A stretch of DNA of 64,000 bases from an uncultured delta proteobacterium (GCA_963737265.1 CAVTRY010000013.1:128001-192000), one strand, 5' to 3'; shown: positions 19,854-30,293, counted from the stretch's first letter. Notes: a model not told the origin generated them from the letters alone. A program made the numbers and translations.

Positions 19854-20576
19854 CTAGTCGAAAAATGCCTCGGTGCGAATTTGCCGTTTGCGTTCGACGC
19901 CGAGCTGGATCAGCGCCGACTTTGTCTCGGAGATCATCGCCCCGTTGCCGACCAGGTAGAACGTCGGTGCGTTCAGCGTCGCTGCAATGCCAAGGATGCT
20001 CTCGCTGATGCGGCCCTGCCGACCTTGCCAGTCGGGTCCGGCGGCGGTGAGGTAAATGGCTAGCTCGGCGCCCGACCGTCGGCACAGGTCCTCGATCTCG
20101 TCGCGAGCGAAAATGTCCTGTTCGCGGCGCAGACCCCAGTGGACGAAACGTCGTCCCGCCGCGCGTTCGGGCGCCCGCGCCAGCTCCTCCAGCATGGGCA
20201 AGACTGCGGCCAGGCCGGTTCCGGTGGCGCCGAAGACCACGTCTCCGGGATGCGACGGCTGCAGCATGAAGACGCCATAGGGGCCGGCCATCGCTATCGT
20301 CTGGCCGAGCGGCAGGTGGAGCAGGAAGTCGCTGGCCTGGCCGCCGGGAACCTCGCGCATGATGAAGCGGATTTGTTCGCCGGCGTGGGTGGGCGACGCG
20401 ATGGAATAGCTGCGCCTCAAGAAGCCGTCCCTGGTTCCTGTGGGTACGCGCAGGGTCACGAACTGGCCGGCGCGGAAATCCAACCGGTTCGGCGACTTCA
20501 TGGCGAACACCAGATCGAACACACCCGAGGCGATGTGCGTTCGTCCGATGAGGGCGGCTTCGAAGGCGGCGTGCAC
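19854..20576 (-). CDS. FAD/NAD(P)-binding oxidoreductase (FNR-like)
   Basis: FRAGQF, RSYSIAS, GPYG, GTGLAA motifs; ends EAFFD. Confidence 0.88.
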   Translation of the reverse strand: MHAAFEAALIGRTHIASGVFDLVFAMKSPNRLDFRAGQFVTLRVPTGTRDGFLRRSYSIASPTHAGEQIRFIMREVPGGQASDFLLHLPLGQTIAMAGPYGVFMLQPSHPGDVVFGATGTGLAAVLPMLEELARAPERAAGRRFVHWGLRREQDIFARDEIEDLCRRSGAELAIYLTAAGPDWQGRQGRISESILGIAATLNAPTFYLVGNGAMISETKSALIQLGVERKRQIRTEAFFD

Positions 20577-21101
20577 AGCCGGTTGACTATAGTGTGCTCA
20601 CCCAGGGTGCGCACGAAAACCCGGCGCTACCAGAGCGGTAGAAAGCCATGGCGTGGCGATTTTCGGTGGCTTCGAGGGACTCAACCGTGCCCCCGCCAAT
20701 CCCGATCCGTCGTCGCCGCTCTTGCGCGCGCGGGGACGCGTGGTCTTTGGCGGCGTGCAGGTCGAGACGCGCCTGCCCGGCGAACAGCTTGGCGGATATC
20801 AGCAACATCACCGTCGTGATGACCGCCACGCTCTGCGTGACGAGCGGCGCGCACTAAAGAGGAAGATGAAGGAACTAAAGCGGTCCGAGCCTGGGTAGCC
20901 TGGAACCAAGGTGCAGATTTTGCGGCCGGCGCTGCGCAATCTGCAGATGCAGCGTCCTTTCGTTGTGTCGCGCGGCGATGAAACAGTCGGAAATAGTGGG
21001 TATTGCAGCCCGTCGAGTGCGTGGCGCAATCATTGCTAGCATATCGCAATAGGTGCTGGCACGAGCCGGTTCTGCGGACAGAACGGGTAGCAACCAAACG
21101 A

Positions 21102-22379
21102 ATGCTGAAGCGACTCACAACGGCTGTGACATCGGTCTTGCTTTCGATTTGTGGCTGCAGCGGCAGCAGTGACGGCCCCGCGCCTCCCACCAGCGGAGCC
21201 GGCATCGTCGACGTGGAGCAGACCGGTAGCTCGGGCGGCGCATTGGCGACCGGCTCGAACGTGGTTTCCGCCGTCGTGGACCAAGGTCCGTCTGGCCTGG
21301 ACGTTCCCTACACGAACGGGCTCTTTGTCACAGCAACCGTATGCGCGCCGGGCACCAGCGACTGTCAAATCATCGATCACCTGCTCGTCGACACGGGGTC
21401 GGTCGGTCTGCGCGTCCTCGGCTCGGTGTTGACGGTGGCTTTGCCCGCGGCAAAGGACGCAACCGGGCTGGCACTGGCCGAATGTCTACCCTTCGTTGAT
21501 GGCTCCTCGTGGGGAACGGTAGGTAGCGCGGATCTCCGAATCGGAGGGGAGGCCGCCAGCGCGTTGTCTGTCCAGGTCATTGGCGAGCAATCCTATCCGG
21601 TGCCATCCGATTGCACCGGAACCCCCGCCAACGATTTGAACAGTCTGGGCGCAAACGGAATCTTGGGCGTAGGCTCCTACCTGAATGACTGCGGCACGGA
21701 CTGTGCGCAGCCGGCGATCTCCCGGTCGAATCCGGGCTTTTACTACAGTTGCAGCTCTGCTCAAGCGGGCGGTTGCCAAGCGACGTCGGTTCCCATTGCG
21801 CTACAAGTCCTCAATCCCGTGGTCGCATTCCCAGTCGACAACAACGGCGTGATCATTCAATTGCCAGCACTTTTCGCAGCCGGGGCGCCGTCGGCCTCCG
21901 GTGTGCTGGTATTCGGCATTGGCACGCAGGCGAACAACGGGCTAGGAAACGCCGCAGTCTTTGCTCTCGATGTCAACGGGTACGTGGAAACCGCATTTCC
22001 GGTCGGCGGTGTTCAATACACGAGCTACCTGGATAGCGGATCCAATGCCTTCTTCTTTCTGGATCAGGGCACAACCGGAATCCCGCTTTGTCCTGGCGAC
22101 ATGAACATCTTCTACTGCCCCACTAGCACGAGGAACCTCAACGCGGCGATCGTGGTCGGTGACACCAGCGCCAATGTCAGTTTTGGCGTCGCCAATGCTG
22201 ACCAGCTGGCCGCTCGCAATTTCGCCTTCAATAACCTGGCTGGTCCCATGGGGGGCTATCCCAACCCCCAGCAGCCCAGCTTTGACTGGGGATTGCCATT
22301 CTTCTTCGGACGGAGCGTCTTTACCGCCATTGAGGACCAGTCCACGCCTGCCGGTTCCGGCCCGTACTTCGCGTTCTAG
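21102..22379 (+). CDS. DUF3443-family lipoprotein (pepsin-like aspartic protease motifs)
   Basis: ICGC lipobox; LVDTGS, NGILGVG, YLDSGS, FDWGLPFFFGR motifs. Confidence 0.85.
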   Translation: MLKRLTTAVTSVLLSICGCSGSSDGPAPPTSGAGIVDVEQTGSSGGALATGSNVVSAVVDQGPSGLDVPYTNGLFVTATVCAPGTSDCQIIDHLLVDTGSVGLRVLGSVLTVALPAAKDATGLALAECLPFVDGSSWGTVGSADLRIGGEAASALSVQVIGEQSYPVPSDCTGTPANDLNSLGANGILGVGSYLNDCGTDCAQPAISRSNPGFYYSCSSAQAGGCQATSVPIALQVLNPVVAFPVDNNGVIIQLPALFAAGAPSASGVLVFGIGTQANNGLGNAAVFALDVNGYVETAFPVGGVQYTSYLDSGSNAFFFLDQGTTGIPLCPGDMNIFYCPTSTRNLNAAIVVGDTSANVSFGVANADQLAARNFAFNNLAGPMGGYPNPQQPSFDWGLPFFFGRSVFTAIEDQSTPAGSGPYFAF

Positions 22380-24556
22380 GCTACGCCCCCGCCGAAACGT
22401 CGCCGCCATCCGTGCAGACCCGCCGCCGCGGCGAAGACAGCGAGGGCGATGAGGCTGATGGCGAGAGCCGCGTGCAAGTGTAGCGGCGTAAATGCCAGTG
22501 ACAGTCGATGCTGGCCGGAGGGAAGCTGCGCCCCCATCAGGCTGAGATTGGTCGGGTACAGCCGAACCGGCTGGCCGTCAACGATCGCGCTCCAGCCCGG
22601 GTGCCACATCTCGCTCACCACCACGAAACACCTGCTACCGCATCGATAGGAGAGGTCGAGAATTCCATCGCCAGAACGCACGACCGACAGTCTGTCGTCG
22701 GCGGATGGCGCGAAAGGGCGCATGATTGGCGTCGAGTCCAACTTCTCGACTATGGCGAGCCCCTCGGTCGAGCGTGTCGCCAGCTCGGCTTGCGCCGACG
22801 AGGAATTCGGCACCACCAGCATCTTCTCTGCGAAGAAGGCCCGTGGCCGCACAGTGCGGTTGCGGTAGACGGAGACGTCGGTGTCGCGCATACCCCGGTA
22901 AAAGACGAACACCGGCTCGTGCGGGAACCGTTCGAGTAACTCGAACCGCTCCGGCGGCAAGGCCAGGGGCTCGGACGAAAGGAGGTACTTCACGTTCAGG
23001 TCGTCGAGAAGATCCCAACGCATTACCTGCATGAGATCAGTCCATACGACAGCGTCGTCGCGGCGGGCGTGCCCGAATTGCAACAAGTCCATGTACTGTT
23101 GATAGCGGCGCAGGTTGTAGGGCTCGTAGCCCGTGATGAGCTGCAGCCCGTGGCTGGCGGCCGATCCGTAGGCCAGCGTAAAACGGCCGACGGGCGCCAC
23201 GCGAAACAGCGATGGATCCCGCGCCAACAGCCTCGCGCTTGGCGTGGACGGCTGAAAGAAAGAGAGCGGTTTGGCGTCGAGATAGCGGCGGGCATAGACG
23301 ACGCCCTCGCTCGCTTGCAGCAGGACCAGAATTGCGGGAACAACGTGTGACAAACGCGTCCAACGGCCGCGCAACCGTTCGATGGACGCGTCGAGGCCCA
23401 CGCCCGCCAGTACAATGCCAAAGAATGCGGTGAGAAAGAGCATGCGCGCTGGCGAACGAAATAGCGAGAGGATGGGCAAGCAAGAGGTCAATCGCAGCAG
23501 TGGCGTGTCTAGCGCAAACAACAACGACAAGAGAAATCCGGCGACCAGAAACTGGGTGGTGGGGCGACGCCACGCCAGAATGGCACCTGCCCCGGCGAGC
23601 AAGAGCGGCAGCAGCCCAAAGTAGGCATTGTCTTCCCACATCTCCCCGCCGAGATAACTCCCGTCGAGCGGGGTACCGAGGGCTTCCGGACAAAACAACG
23701 TCAACAGATGGCGCAGGCCCAAGCGGTGTCCGGATTGCAAGAATTCACTCGATGCCTGTAAGCGCGACACGAGTGGAGCTTCAGCCAACATGGGCCACAG
23801 GAGATAGAGCGTCGATGCGATGGCCAGCACCGAGGCGGCGAGCGCCCACAGCGACAGCCGACGGGCATAGGCCCGCTCGCCAGGCCGCCACCGGCTCACA
23901 GCCACGGCGAAAAGATAGACCGCGGCGAACCCGCCCGCATAAAGCGGGATCTGCAAATGCCCGGCGTGGAGACAAAGTATGCCACCGGCAGCCAGTGCGA
24001 GCGCCGATCCCGGGCCGGGTCTTCGAGCCAGCCAGAACGCTGCGGCGAAAAGCAAGGGAACTGTACTGATCCCTGCCAGCGGACCCAGCCATCCGGCGTA
24101 GACAGCGAGGATGAGCTTGAACTCGAATAGCCCCGCCACACCCAGGAAGACACACGACCAGCGGCCGAGTCCCAAGGCGCGCCCGGTAAGATAGCAACCG
24201 AGGGCTCCGAACAGGAGTTCGATTGCGAAGGTCAAGCCAACGGAATGGGCCGGGCTGGCAATAAGGAACGCCAAGTGCAACGGATTGGTGTAAAGGGCGT
24301 TGGGACTGCTAAACGCGGGGGTTCCGGAAAGCTGGTCCGAACGCCAATAGGGAATGCCGAGGCCTTGTTCCAGCGAGCGATGCAATACCTCCTTGACCGC
24401 CAAGTGATAGGCAACGACGTCGGAATGAGGGGAATAGGGAACGGAATCCGACCGCAGAAGAGCGCTGTAACCGGCCAGGAACAGGAGCAGAAATAGGATG
24501 GCCATGAGAAGGCGCAATCGAGCTGTTGCCTCGAAACAAAGACGAAGACGCGGCAC
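22376..24556 (-). CDS. YfhO-family GT-C membrane protein
   Basis: PYW....SGTP, YFGLLPL, RSPAR, SEMWHPGWSAIVDG motifs; many TMs; start uncertain. Confidence 0.82.
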   Translation of the reverse strand: MPRLRLCFEATARLRLLMAILFLLLFLAGYSALLRSDSVPYSPHSDVVAYHLAVKEVLHRSLEQGLGIPYWRSDQLSGTPAFSSPNALYTNPLHLAFLIASPAHSVGLTFAIELLFGALGCYLTGRALGLGRWSCVFLGVAGLFEFKLILAVYAGWLGPLAGISTVPLLFAAAFWLARRPGPGSALALAAGGILCLHAGHLQIPLYAGGFAAVYLFAVAVSRWRPGERAYARRLSLWALAASVLAIASTLYLLWPMLAEAPLVSRLQASSEFLQSGHRLGLRHLLTLFCPEALGTPLDGSYLGGEMWEDNAYFGLLPLLLAGAGAILAWRRPTTQFLVAGFLLSLLFALDTPLLRLTSCLPILSLFRSPARMLFLTAFFGIVLAGVGLDASIERLRGRWTRLSHVVPAILVLLQASEGVVYARRYLDAKPLSFFQPSTPSARLLARDPSLFRVAPVGRFTLAYGSAASHGLQLITGYEPYNLRRYQQYMDLLQFGHARRDDAVVWTDLMQVMRWDLLDDLNVKYLLSSEPLALPPERFELLERFPHEPVFVFYRGMRDTDVSVYRNRTVRPRAFFAEKMLVVPNSSSAQAELATRSTEGLAIVEKLDSTPIMRPFAPSADDRLSVVRSGDGILDLSYRCGSRCFVVVSEMWHPGWSAIVDGQPVRLYPTNLSLMGAQLPSGQHRLSLAFTPLHLHAALAISLIALAVFAAAAGLHGWRRRFGGGVA

Positions 24557-24560
24557 CGGT

Positions 24561-26151
24561 TCACCCTCCTTCGGTGGCGATATCGCCCAGAACCAATAGG
24601 ACGATGGCACCCGGGTAACGATAGACGTGCTCGGCCTTGGGCAGCAGCTGTTGATAGAGCCTTCTATTGGGAAGCGTGGACTGGGCCGAGTCACTCAGAT
24701 CGAGAATCGCGCAATAGCGTGTTCCCGCCGCAATGGCGTCGCCAGTCGCCTGGGCATAGGAGGGAATCCTAGGCGTGTAGATTGGAGCCAGCCTGAGTTG
24801 TTCCTGCGTAAGAAGGGACAGACTGTAGGCGTACCAGTAGTCCGCCAGGCCTACCCGACAGCCGTCGGATAAGGCCTGCACGGCTATTGCCCTTTTCGTA
24901 GCCGAGGCGTGCGCGCGCGACTCATCTCGCTGCGCTATAAACAGAGCCGCGGCGCCGAGCACGAAGGGAAGGGAAGCACAGGTGAAGCGGAAAGTGCGAG
25001 TCACGGCACCCTGCGCGGGCTTTCCCGGATGGGGCGGTCTGGCTTGCATGAACCGATCGATGGCCGCTGCCCAGGCCACGGCGAGGGCAAATTGAACGGG
25101 CCAAAGGTAGCGGTAACCGCTGTCGAAAACGCGGCGGTTGAGCACAACGAGCACGGCGGACGCAGCGGCGAGCAGAAACACACTTGCGGGAACAAAAGCC
25201 GTGCGCTGGCCTTGGTGCCAAGCGCGCGCCGCCGGTAGCACGGCCAGCACGATGAGCAGAAGGGAAACCCCGGCGCCGAGGAAGATGGCCACGCCGCCCG
25301 CCACACCCAGCGTGGAAAGTTTGCCGAAGAAATACTGGGGCAGCGTTCCGAGAACAAGATCGATTGTGCGCCTGGGAAGAGCGGAAATGCGTGCCAGGGC
25401 GAAACCACCTGCACGGTAAGGCGCATACCAACTCTCGGGCGAATAGGAATGGATAATTCTCGGGAGCGCTCCCGTGGCAAAGCCGACAACCAAAAGGAGG
25501 AGCTTGGCCAAGGGAATTTTGCGCACGTCGTTCCACTGGCGCATCCAAATCGCCAGGATGCAGACGACCGGCAGCCACACGAAGGGCGAGACCCAGTACC
25601 CGACGCCAATCCACAGGCCGACGAGAAAGGCCCGTCGTTGGAGTGTCCGCAGGTCTCGGGACCAGAAGAGCAGCGTGGCGAAAATGAAGCAGTTGTTCAG
25701 GTGAATTCCGTAGAGGTGAGACATGAATCGGGAATAGGTCATGCCGCCAACGGCAAGCATCGCCGCAGCGGCGATGCGGGTGGTGCGCGACGAGAACGTG
25801 GCGGCGAGGGCGCGATAGAACAGCCATTCCGTCGCGAACGCGAGCACGGCTGCGGCGAGCCGAAAAACATAGATTCCACTCGGCAGGATCCGCTCCAGAC
25901 CGGCGGCCAACAGGACTTCGAAATCCACCACCGTAGGTCTGGCCGTAGGCGAACCTTGGCAGCTCTCCTCGTGCGATGTGGCGGGCCATCAGCCCGAGCA
26001 CCGCCTCGTCCGAGTCCAAGGGCAGGACGTCGGGAAAGGCCACCGGCACAAGCTTGAAGAGGCCGCTCAGCAGAAAAAACGCGATGACGCCGGCCCCGGG
26101 TGCTTTGCGCACGAATTCGAGGCCTTGGGATTTCAACGCGGCCAACGCCAT
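24561..26151 (-). pseudogene. ArnT/PMT-like GT-C glycosyltransferase with a +1 frameshift at ~25921 (possibly a sequencing error)
   Basis: LDSDEAVLGLMARHI...YGQTYGG in one frame continues as FEVLLAAG... in the next; C-terminal ADYWYAY. Confidence 0.75.
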
Positions 26152-26172
26152 GGCACGCGAGTGTACTTCGGA

Positions 26173-26673
26173 TCAGTCTTTGTTGCCCGCTTCGCCGCTT
26201 GCTGGGCTTGCTGGTTGGGCCCGGCCCCGCATTCGTGCGAACAGAGCGTCGAGTGAGAATAGGCCCGATCCCAGGGTGACGATCGCGACCGCAAGAACGA
26301 TATAGATGAATTCGTCGAGTGCGAACAGGTCCACGATACCGTGAAGGTCGTCTCGCTTGGCGGTGACGATGGCGATGGTCATGTTGGCGACGATGGGCAG
26401 CGCGGCCAGCCGCCCCAGCAAGCCCACCAGGAGCAGGGCTCCGCACCCGAGCTCGGTCAAGGATACCAGGACCGCATTGGCGTGCGGCGACGGGATACCA
26501 AGCTCGGTGAAGTAGGCCGTGACCTTGGCGAGGTCGTGAATCTTGCCCCAGCCGCTCGGCACGAAGACCGCCGCGAGAGACAAGCGAACCAAGAGCAACG
26601 CCACGGGTTGTCCCCGGGTTGCCCACGCCAGGGGCCAAGCAGTCAATCGTCGGACTCTGTCGGCTGCGCTCAT
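26173..26673 (-). CDS. DoxX-family membrane protein (bufferin-locus type)
   Basis: VFVPSGWGK, ELGCGALLLVGL, GSGLFSLD; ATGA overlap with upstream gene. Confidence 0.9.
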   Translation of the reverse strand: MSAADRVRRLTAWPLAWATRGQPVALLLVRLSLAAVFVPSGWGKIHDLAKVTAYFTELGIPSPHANAVLVSLTELGCGALLLVGLLGRLAALPIVANMTIAIVTAKRDDLHGIVDLFALDEFIYIVLAVAIVTLGSGLFSLDALFARMRGRAQPASPASGEAGNKD

Positions 26674-28409
26674 GCGGATTCTCCCACGGTCATCTCTGAC
26701 TTGCGTATTACCAAACCGTCGTCAACCCACCGTGCAAGGATTTGAAACGCACGCGCAGGCGCCTCGTCCCCGTGCTGCGGGTCTTGCTCTATCATCGTTT
26801 GGCACAACTCGGCCATAGTCGCACCGCCCGCCGCCTCGGCCAGCATCGCCGCTTCCTCGGCGCCGTCGACCTCGCGATGTCGGACCTCGAAGTCTTGGCG
26901 CCACACCAGCAGCGATTCGGAGCGTGCCTCGGGCTCGCGCGGGTGTGGTGGCCGCCCCGAGCCCCAAATCGTTGACAATGCAAATGCGAAATTGAACACG
27001 GTGTGCGTCGGGCTCAGTTGCACGGCCAAGCTGACGAACCCGTCGGCCGGCAGTCCCCGCAACATCTCCAGGCTGAGACTCGGGACGTCCTGCCCATCGA
27101 AGAGCTCTCGGTGGGCTCGCTCAAGGCTAGCCAACTCAGCCAGCCACGGGCGGTCGAGGCCAAGCGCGTGCCCGGCCAGGTAAGCGGCCAGGTGCGCTCC
27201 GGCCTCGCGCAGAGAAGGATGACTCGGCCGATGGGCTAGAAGGTAGTCGGTGACGAAGTCGTGGAAAGCGACGTCGCCGACCGCGGCCACGACGCGCGGG
27301 AATTCCTCGCGCAGAACATCGAGGATTCGATAGAAATACATCTCGGCGTAAATGTCGAGGCGTCGCGTCGCGGGCAGCCGATGGTCGCCGACGACGATCG
27401 CCTCGAGATCGGCATCGGCCAGGCCACGCGCCGCAAGCGCAGGTCCAACCCCAGTCGGTGCCGTGACCAGGTCGTAGAACAGTTCTTGGAGAGTGCGAAG
27501 CGACTTGGCGCTAAGACCGTCGCGCTTGAGACGCGAACCTAGCGAGATCGCAGTCGGACGGGCCTCGGAAACCTCCGCCCGCGCAGCGCAAACCTCGCGT
27601 TCGATTTGGGCGGCCCGCCGCGATTCGGCGACAAGTTCGTCGAGCGGCGGAATGTCGTCGTCGCGCTCGATCAACGTGGCGACCGGTCCGAATCGCGCGA
27701 CCGCCGCGCGATACAAATCCCAGACGCCATCGCTTATCGGGTGATCGTGCGTATCGAGTAGATGCGTCCCTTCGTCGCTGTGACCGGCCAGGTGAATCTG
27801 CCCGACGCGGCCGACCGGGATCCCGTCCAGAAATGCGTGCGGCGAGAATCCGTGATTGTAGGCGCTGACGAAGACGTTGTTGACGTCGAGCAAGACACCG
27901 CAATCCGCCTGCCGGCAGAGCTCGGCCAGGAATTCCCACTCGGTCAGCGACGAGCTCGCGAACTCTAGGTAGCTCGACACGTTCTCGACCAGGATTCTGC
28001 GGCCCAAGCGGTCCTGTACCCGCATCACGCGCTCCACAACGTGAGACAGCGCATCCTCGGTAAACGGCAGCGGCCACAGATCGTGACCGGTGTGTCCGCC
28101 GAAACTAGACCAGCACAAGTGGTCCGACAGCCACGCGGGCTCGATTTCCCGCGCCAAATTGTCGAGGGCATCGAGATACCGCGCGTCCAAGGGATCGACC
28201 GATCCTAGGGACAGTGAGACGCCGTGCAAGACCACCGGCATCCGTTCGCGCACCCGGCGCAAGACCGCGCGTGGATTGCCCCCGGCAACCATGAAGTTTT
28301 CGCTGATGACTTCGACCCAGTCGACCACGGGGTGCAGAATGGAGGACATGGCGACGAAGTGGGGAGGCCGTAGGCCGATGCCGTGGCCGATGCTGGGGAA
28401 GTCGTTCAT
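26670..28409 (-). CDS. Fused DUF692 multinuclear non-heme iron oxidase (MNIO) and DUF2063 partner
   Basis: GIGLRPPH, EVISEN, HGVSLS, SDHL, ENVSSY, LLDVNNV, IHLAGH, DTH, IERD; then RLDIYAEMY, PWLAELASLERA, LLVWR in the same frame. Confidence 0.92.
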   Translation of the reverse strand: MNDFPSIGHGIGLRPPHFVAMSSILHPVVDWVEVISENFMVAGGNPRAVLRRVRERMPVVLHGVSLSLGSVDPLDARYLDALDNLAREIEPAWLSDHLCWSSFGGHTGHDLWPLPFTEDALSHVVERVMRVQDRLGRRILVENVSSYLEFASSSLTEWEFLAELCRQADCGVLLDVNNVFVSAYNHGFSPHAFLDGIPVGRVGQIHLAGHSDEGTHLLDTHDHPISDGVWDLYRAAVARFGPVATLIERDDDIPPLDELVAESRRAAQIEREVCAARAEVSEARPTAISLGSRLKRDGLSAKSLRTLQELFYDLVTAPTGVGPALAARGLADADLEAIVVGDHRLPATRRLDIYAEMYFYRILDVLREEFPRVVAAVGDVAFHDFVTDYLLAHRPSHPSLREAGAHLAAYLAGHALGLDRPWLAELASLERAHRELFDGQDVPSLSLEMLRGLPADGFVSLAVQLSPTHTVFNFAFALSTIWGSGRPPHPREPEARSESLLVWRQDFEVRHREVDGAEEAAMLAEAAGGATMAELCQTMIEQDPQHGDEAPARAFQILARWVDDGLVIRKSEMTVGESA

Positions 28410-28437
28410 CGGGGACGTCTCTCAAATTGAAATGGTG

Positions 28438-28476
28438 CGGCAGCCGGCGATCCAAGGATCTGGTCGCCGGCCGCCG
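28438..28476 (-). terminator. Stem-loop between precursor and maturase genes
   Basis: cggcagccggcgatc / ggtcgccggccgccg arms immediately downstream of the precursor stop. Confidence 0.55.
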
Positions 28477-28488
28477 TTCGCCGCCGAG

Positions 28489-28749
28489 CTATTTCTTCCC
28501 TTCCGCGGGTTCGGCCGTGCCGCCTTTGGCCTTGCACGCCTTTTCGGACATGCTCGTCCAGCCTTTGCCCTTGCAGCCATTCTGGCCCTTGCAGGCGTTG
28601 TCGGCCGATTTGCAGCCACCCTTTCCTTTACATGCGTTGACGCCCTGACAGTGCACGCCACCGTCGGACTTGGCGGAAGCTGCGAATGGCGTGGCGGCCG
28701 AGAACAACCCGGCGACGGCGGCGGCGATCAATACACCCTTGGTAGTCAT
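28489..28749 (-). CDS. Bufferin-type (BufA2-like) six-Cys RiPP metallophore precursor
   Basis: Sec signal; HCQGVNACKGKGGCKSADNACKGQNGCKGKGW...ACKAKGG; RBS aaggag; directly upstream of the MNIO gene. Confidence 0.88.
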   Translation of the reverse strand: MTTKGVLIAAAVAGLFSAATPFAASAKSDGGVHCQGVNACKGKGGCKSADNACKGQNGCKGKGWTSMSEKACKAKGGTAEPAEGKK

Positions 28750-28824
28750 GTTTCGTTCTCCTTGTGTCTATGGTTGGGCCGGAAAAGCCCGGCGATGGAT
28801 TGGTGAAACGCTTCTCACCTCCCC

Positions 28825-28850
28825 TACGCGGCCTGGCCGCGATCGGTTAC
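28825..28850 (-). promoter_or_regulatory. ECF (SigF-like) promoter GTAACC-N16-CGTA for the precursor operon
   Basis: Reverse strand reads GTAACC gatcgcggccaggccg CGTA. Confidence 0.75.
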
Positions 28851-29563
28851 GCCAAAGGGGAGGTTTTTGGTCTGAATGTTTTGAACGAATTCTGGCGGCG
28901 GTTCAAGGCGGTCATGGCCCAGGCCCCGAGCGCCATCAGGGGCAGCGCGGGCAGCAGGTGGCCAATCAGGGCATGCCCTGTCCCGGATATCGGGCAGTGG
29001 ACGCGAATCAGCAGATGCGCCCAGGTGGCGGCCGCCAGACCCAGGCACGCGCCCGTCCACCACGGCCGCGACAGCGTCAGTCCACGAGGCAGGCCGACCC
29101 CGATCCCGAGGAGAGGCAGCGCAATGAAGAACGTGAAGAGGTCGCAATTACGCGCGTGCCACGCCGTCGCCGGCCAACTCGTGAACAGTACGCTCGACGA
29201 TGCGCGGGGGTCGACCGCGACCACCAGGCAAAGGAGCACCGCTGGAAGTCCCAGTACCGCGACGACAAGAGATTCCGACGCCGCGCCGACCATGGTGCGC
29301 CCGCGGGTCAGGCCCGCCACCATCGCCAGCACTGCGACCGCCAGCAAGGTCACGATGGTTTCCGCCAGCGACGGCGCGGGTAGCTCGTGCCAATCGAAGC
29401 GAAGCCCGAGCGCGAACAAGACCGCCCACCACCAGGCCATGGCGCCCATGCCGCCGAGCAACACCCGCCGCGCCCAGGTCCGGGGTCGGGTCGACGGTGT
29501 CAGTGCGGCGGCTTGAAGAAGGCGCGCGCGCAAGTCGGCCGAAGGTCGTTCGGACATCGTCAT
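28847..29563 (-). CDS. NrsF/DUF1109-like membrane anti-sigma factor
   Basis: About six TMs; Cys pair (ARNC, VHCP) and late His (IGH); coupled to the ECF sigma gene. Confidence 0.8.
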   Translation of the reverse strand: MTMSERPSADLRARLLQAAALTPSTRPRTWARRVLLGGMGAMAWWWAVLFALGLRFDWHELPAPSLAETIVTLLAVAVLAMVAGLTRGRTMVGAASESLVVAVLGLPAVLLCLVVAVDPRASSSVLFTSWPATAWHARNCDLFTFFIALPLLGIGVGLPRGLTLSRPWWTGACLGLAAATWAHLLIRVHCPISGTGHALIGHLLPALPLMALGAWAMTALNRRQNSFKTFRPKTSPLA

Positions 29564-30246
29564 GTGCCTTCCCTTTTTTCCGCAATGGCGTCGGCATGGG
29601 GAAAATGTCCAACGAGAAGGGTGCGCAGAGCCTGATAGGCCCGGTGCGCGCGCAATTTTACCGCCCCCTGGGTCGTGCCCATCACTGCGGCGACCTCGGC
29701 CACCGAGAGACCTTCGCCTTTCAGTAGGCGAAACGCGGACGCCTGCGCTTCGGGCAACTTGGCCAGCGCCTCGTCAAGCACGTGCGACAACTCCGCGTCC
29801 GCCAGCATTTCCTCCGCGGAAGGCCCAGGCGAGCACCATTCACGCGAGGCCGCTGGCGCGCCATCGCTGTCGTCCGACCATGCGTTGCTGGCGGATGCCT
29901 CGGGCCGCCGTGATCGCACGCTGTCCAGGAACAGATGCCGGGCGATGGTGTAGGCCCACGGCAACACGGGGGCGCCTGTGCGGTAAAGCCCGCGCGCCCG
30001 GTGAATGCGCAGGAAGGTCTCTTGGGTCAAATCCTCGGACAACGGACGGTCGCGACACAATTTCATCAAGAAGGTGAACACGGCCGGCGCCCCGAGATCG
30101 TAGACGTCGCCCAACGCCGCGTCCTCGCCAGCGGCGAAGAGCGCCATGGCCCGGTCCAGCGGCGAGTGCGGGGCGTCAGCAGACATCCAATCCGTAAGCA
30201 TGTCCCGACGAAGAAGGACTGCACAAGTCCTGATTAGGGTCGCCAC
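29560..30246 (-). CDS. ECF RNA polymerase sigma factor (SigF-like)
   Basis: EDLTQETFLRIH, WAYTIAR, EVAAVMG...AVKLRAHRA; start may be 30201 or 30186. Confidence 0.92.
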   Translation of the reverse strand: MATLIRTCAVLLRRDMLTDWMSADAPHSPLDRAMALFAAGEDAALGDVYDLGAPAVFTFLMKLCRDRPLSEDLTQETFLRIHRARGLYRTGAPVLPWAYTIARHLFLDSVRSRRPEASASNAWSDDSDGAPAASREWCSPGPSAEEMLADAELSHVLDEALAKLPEAQASAFRLLKGEGLSVAEVAAVMGTTQGAVKLRAHRAYQALRTLLVGHFPHADAIAEKREGT

Positions 30247-30293
30247 ATCTATCCATACGCGTGGCGAGACGGCTCGGTTTCGCTGCCATGAAA
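30237..30293. repeat. 57-bp direct repeat copy 1, containing GAAACC-N16-CGTA on the minus strand (30256-30281)
   Basis: 51/57 identical to 39312-39368; lies at the 5' end of the sigma gene (autoregulatory position). Confidence 0.85.

Noticed and set aside
20587-20900. Short ORFs between the FNR-like and DUF3443 genes
   Set aside because: No recognisable motif or RBS; possibly a decayed fragment but not supportable.
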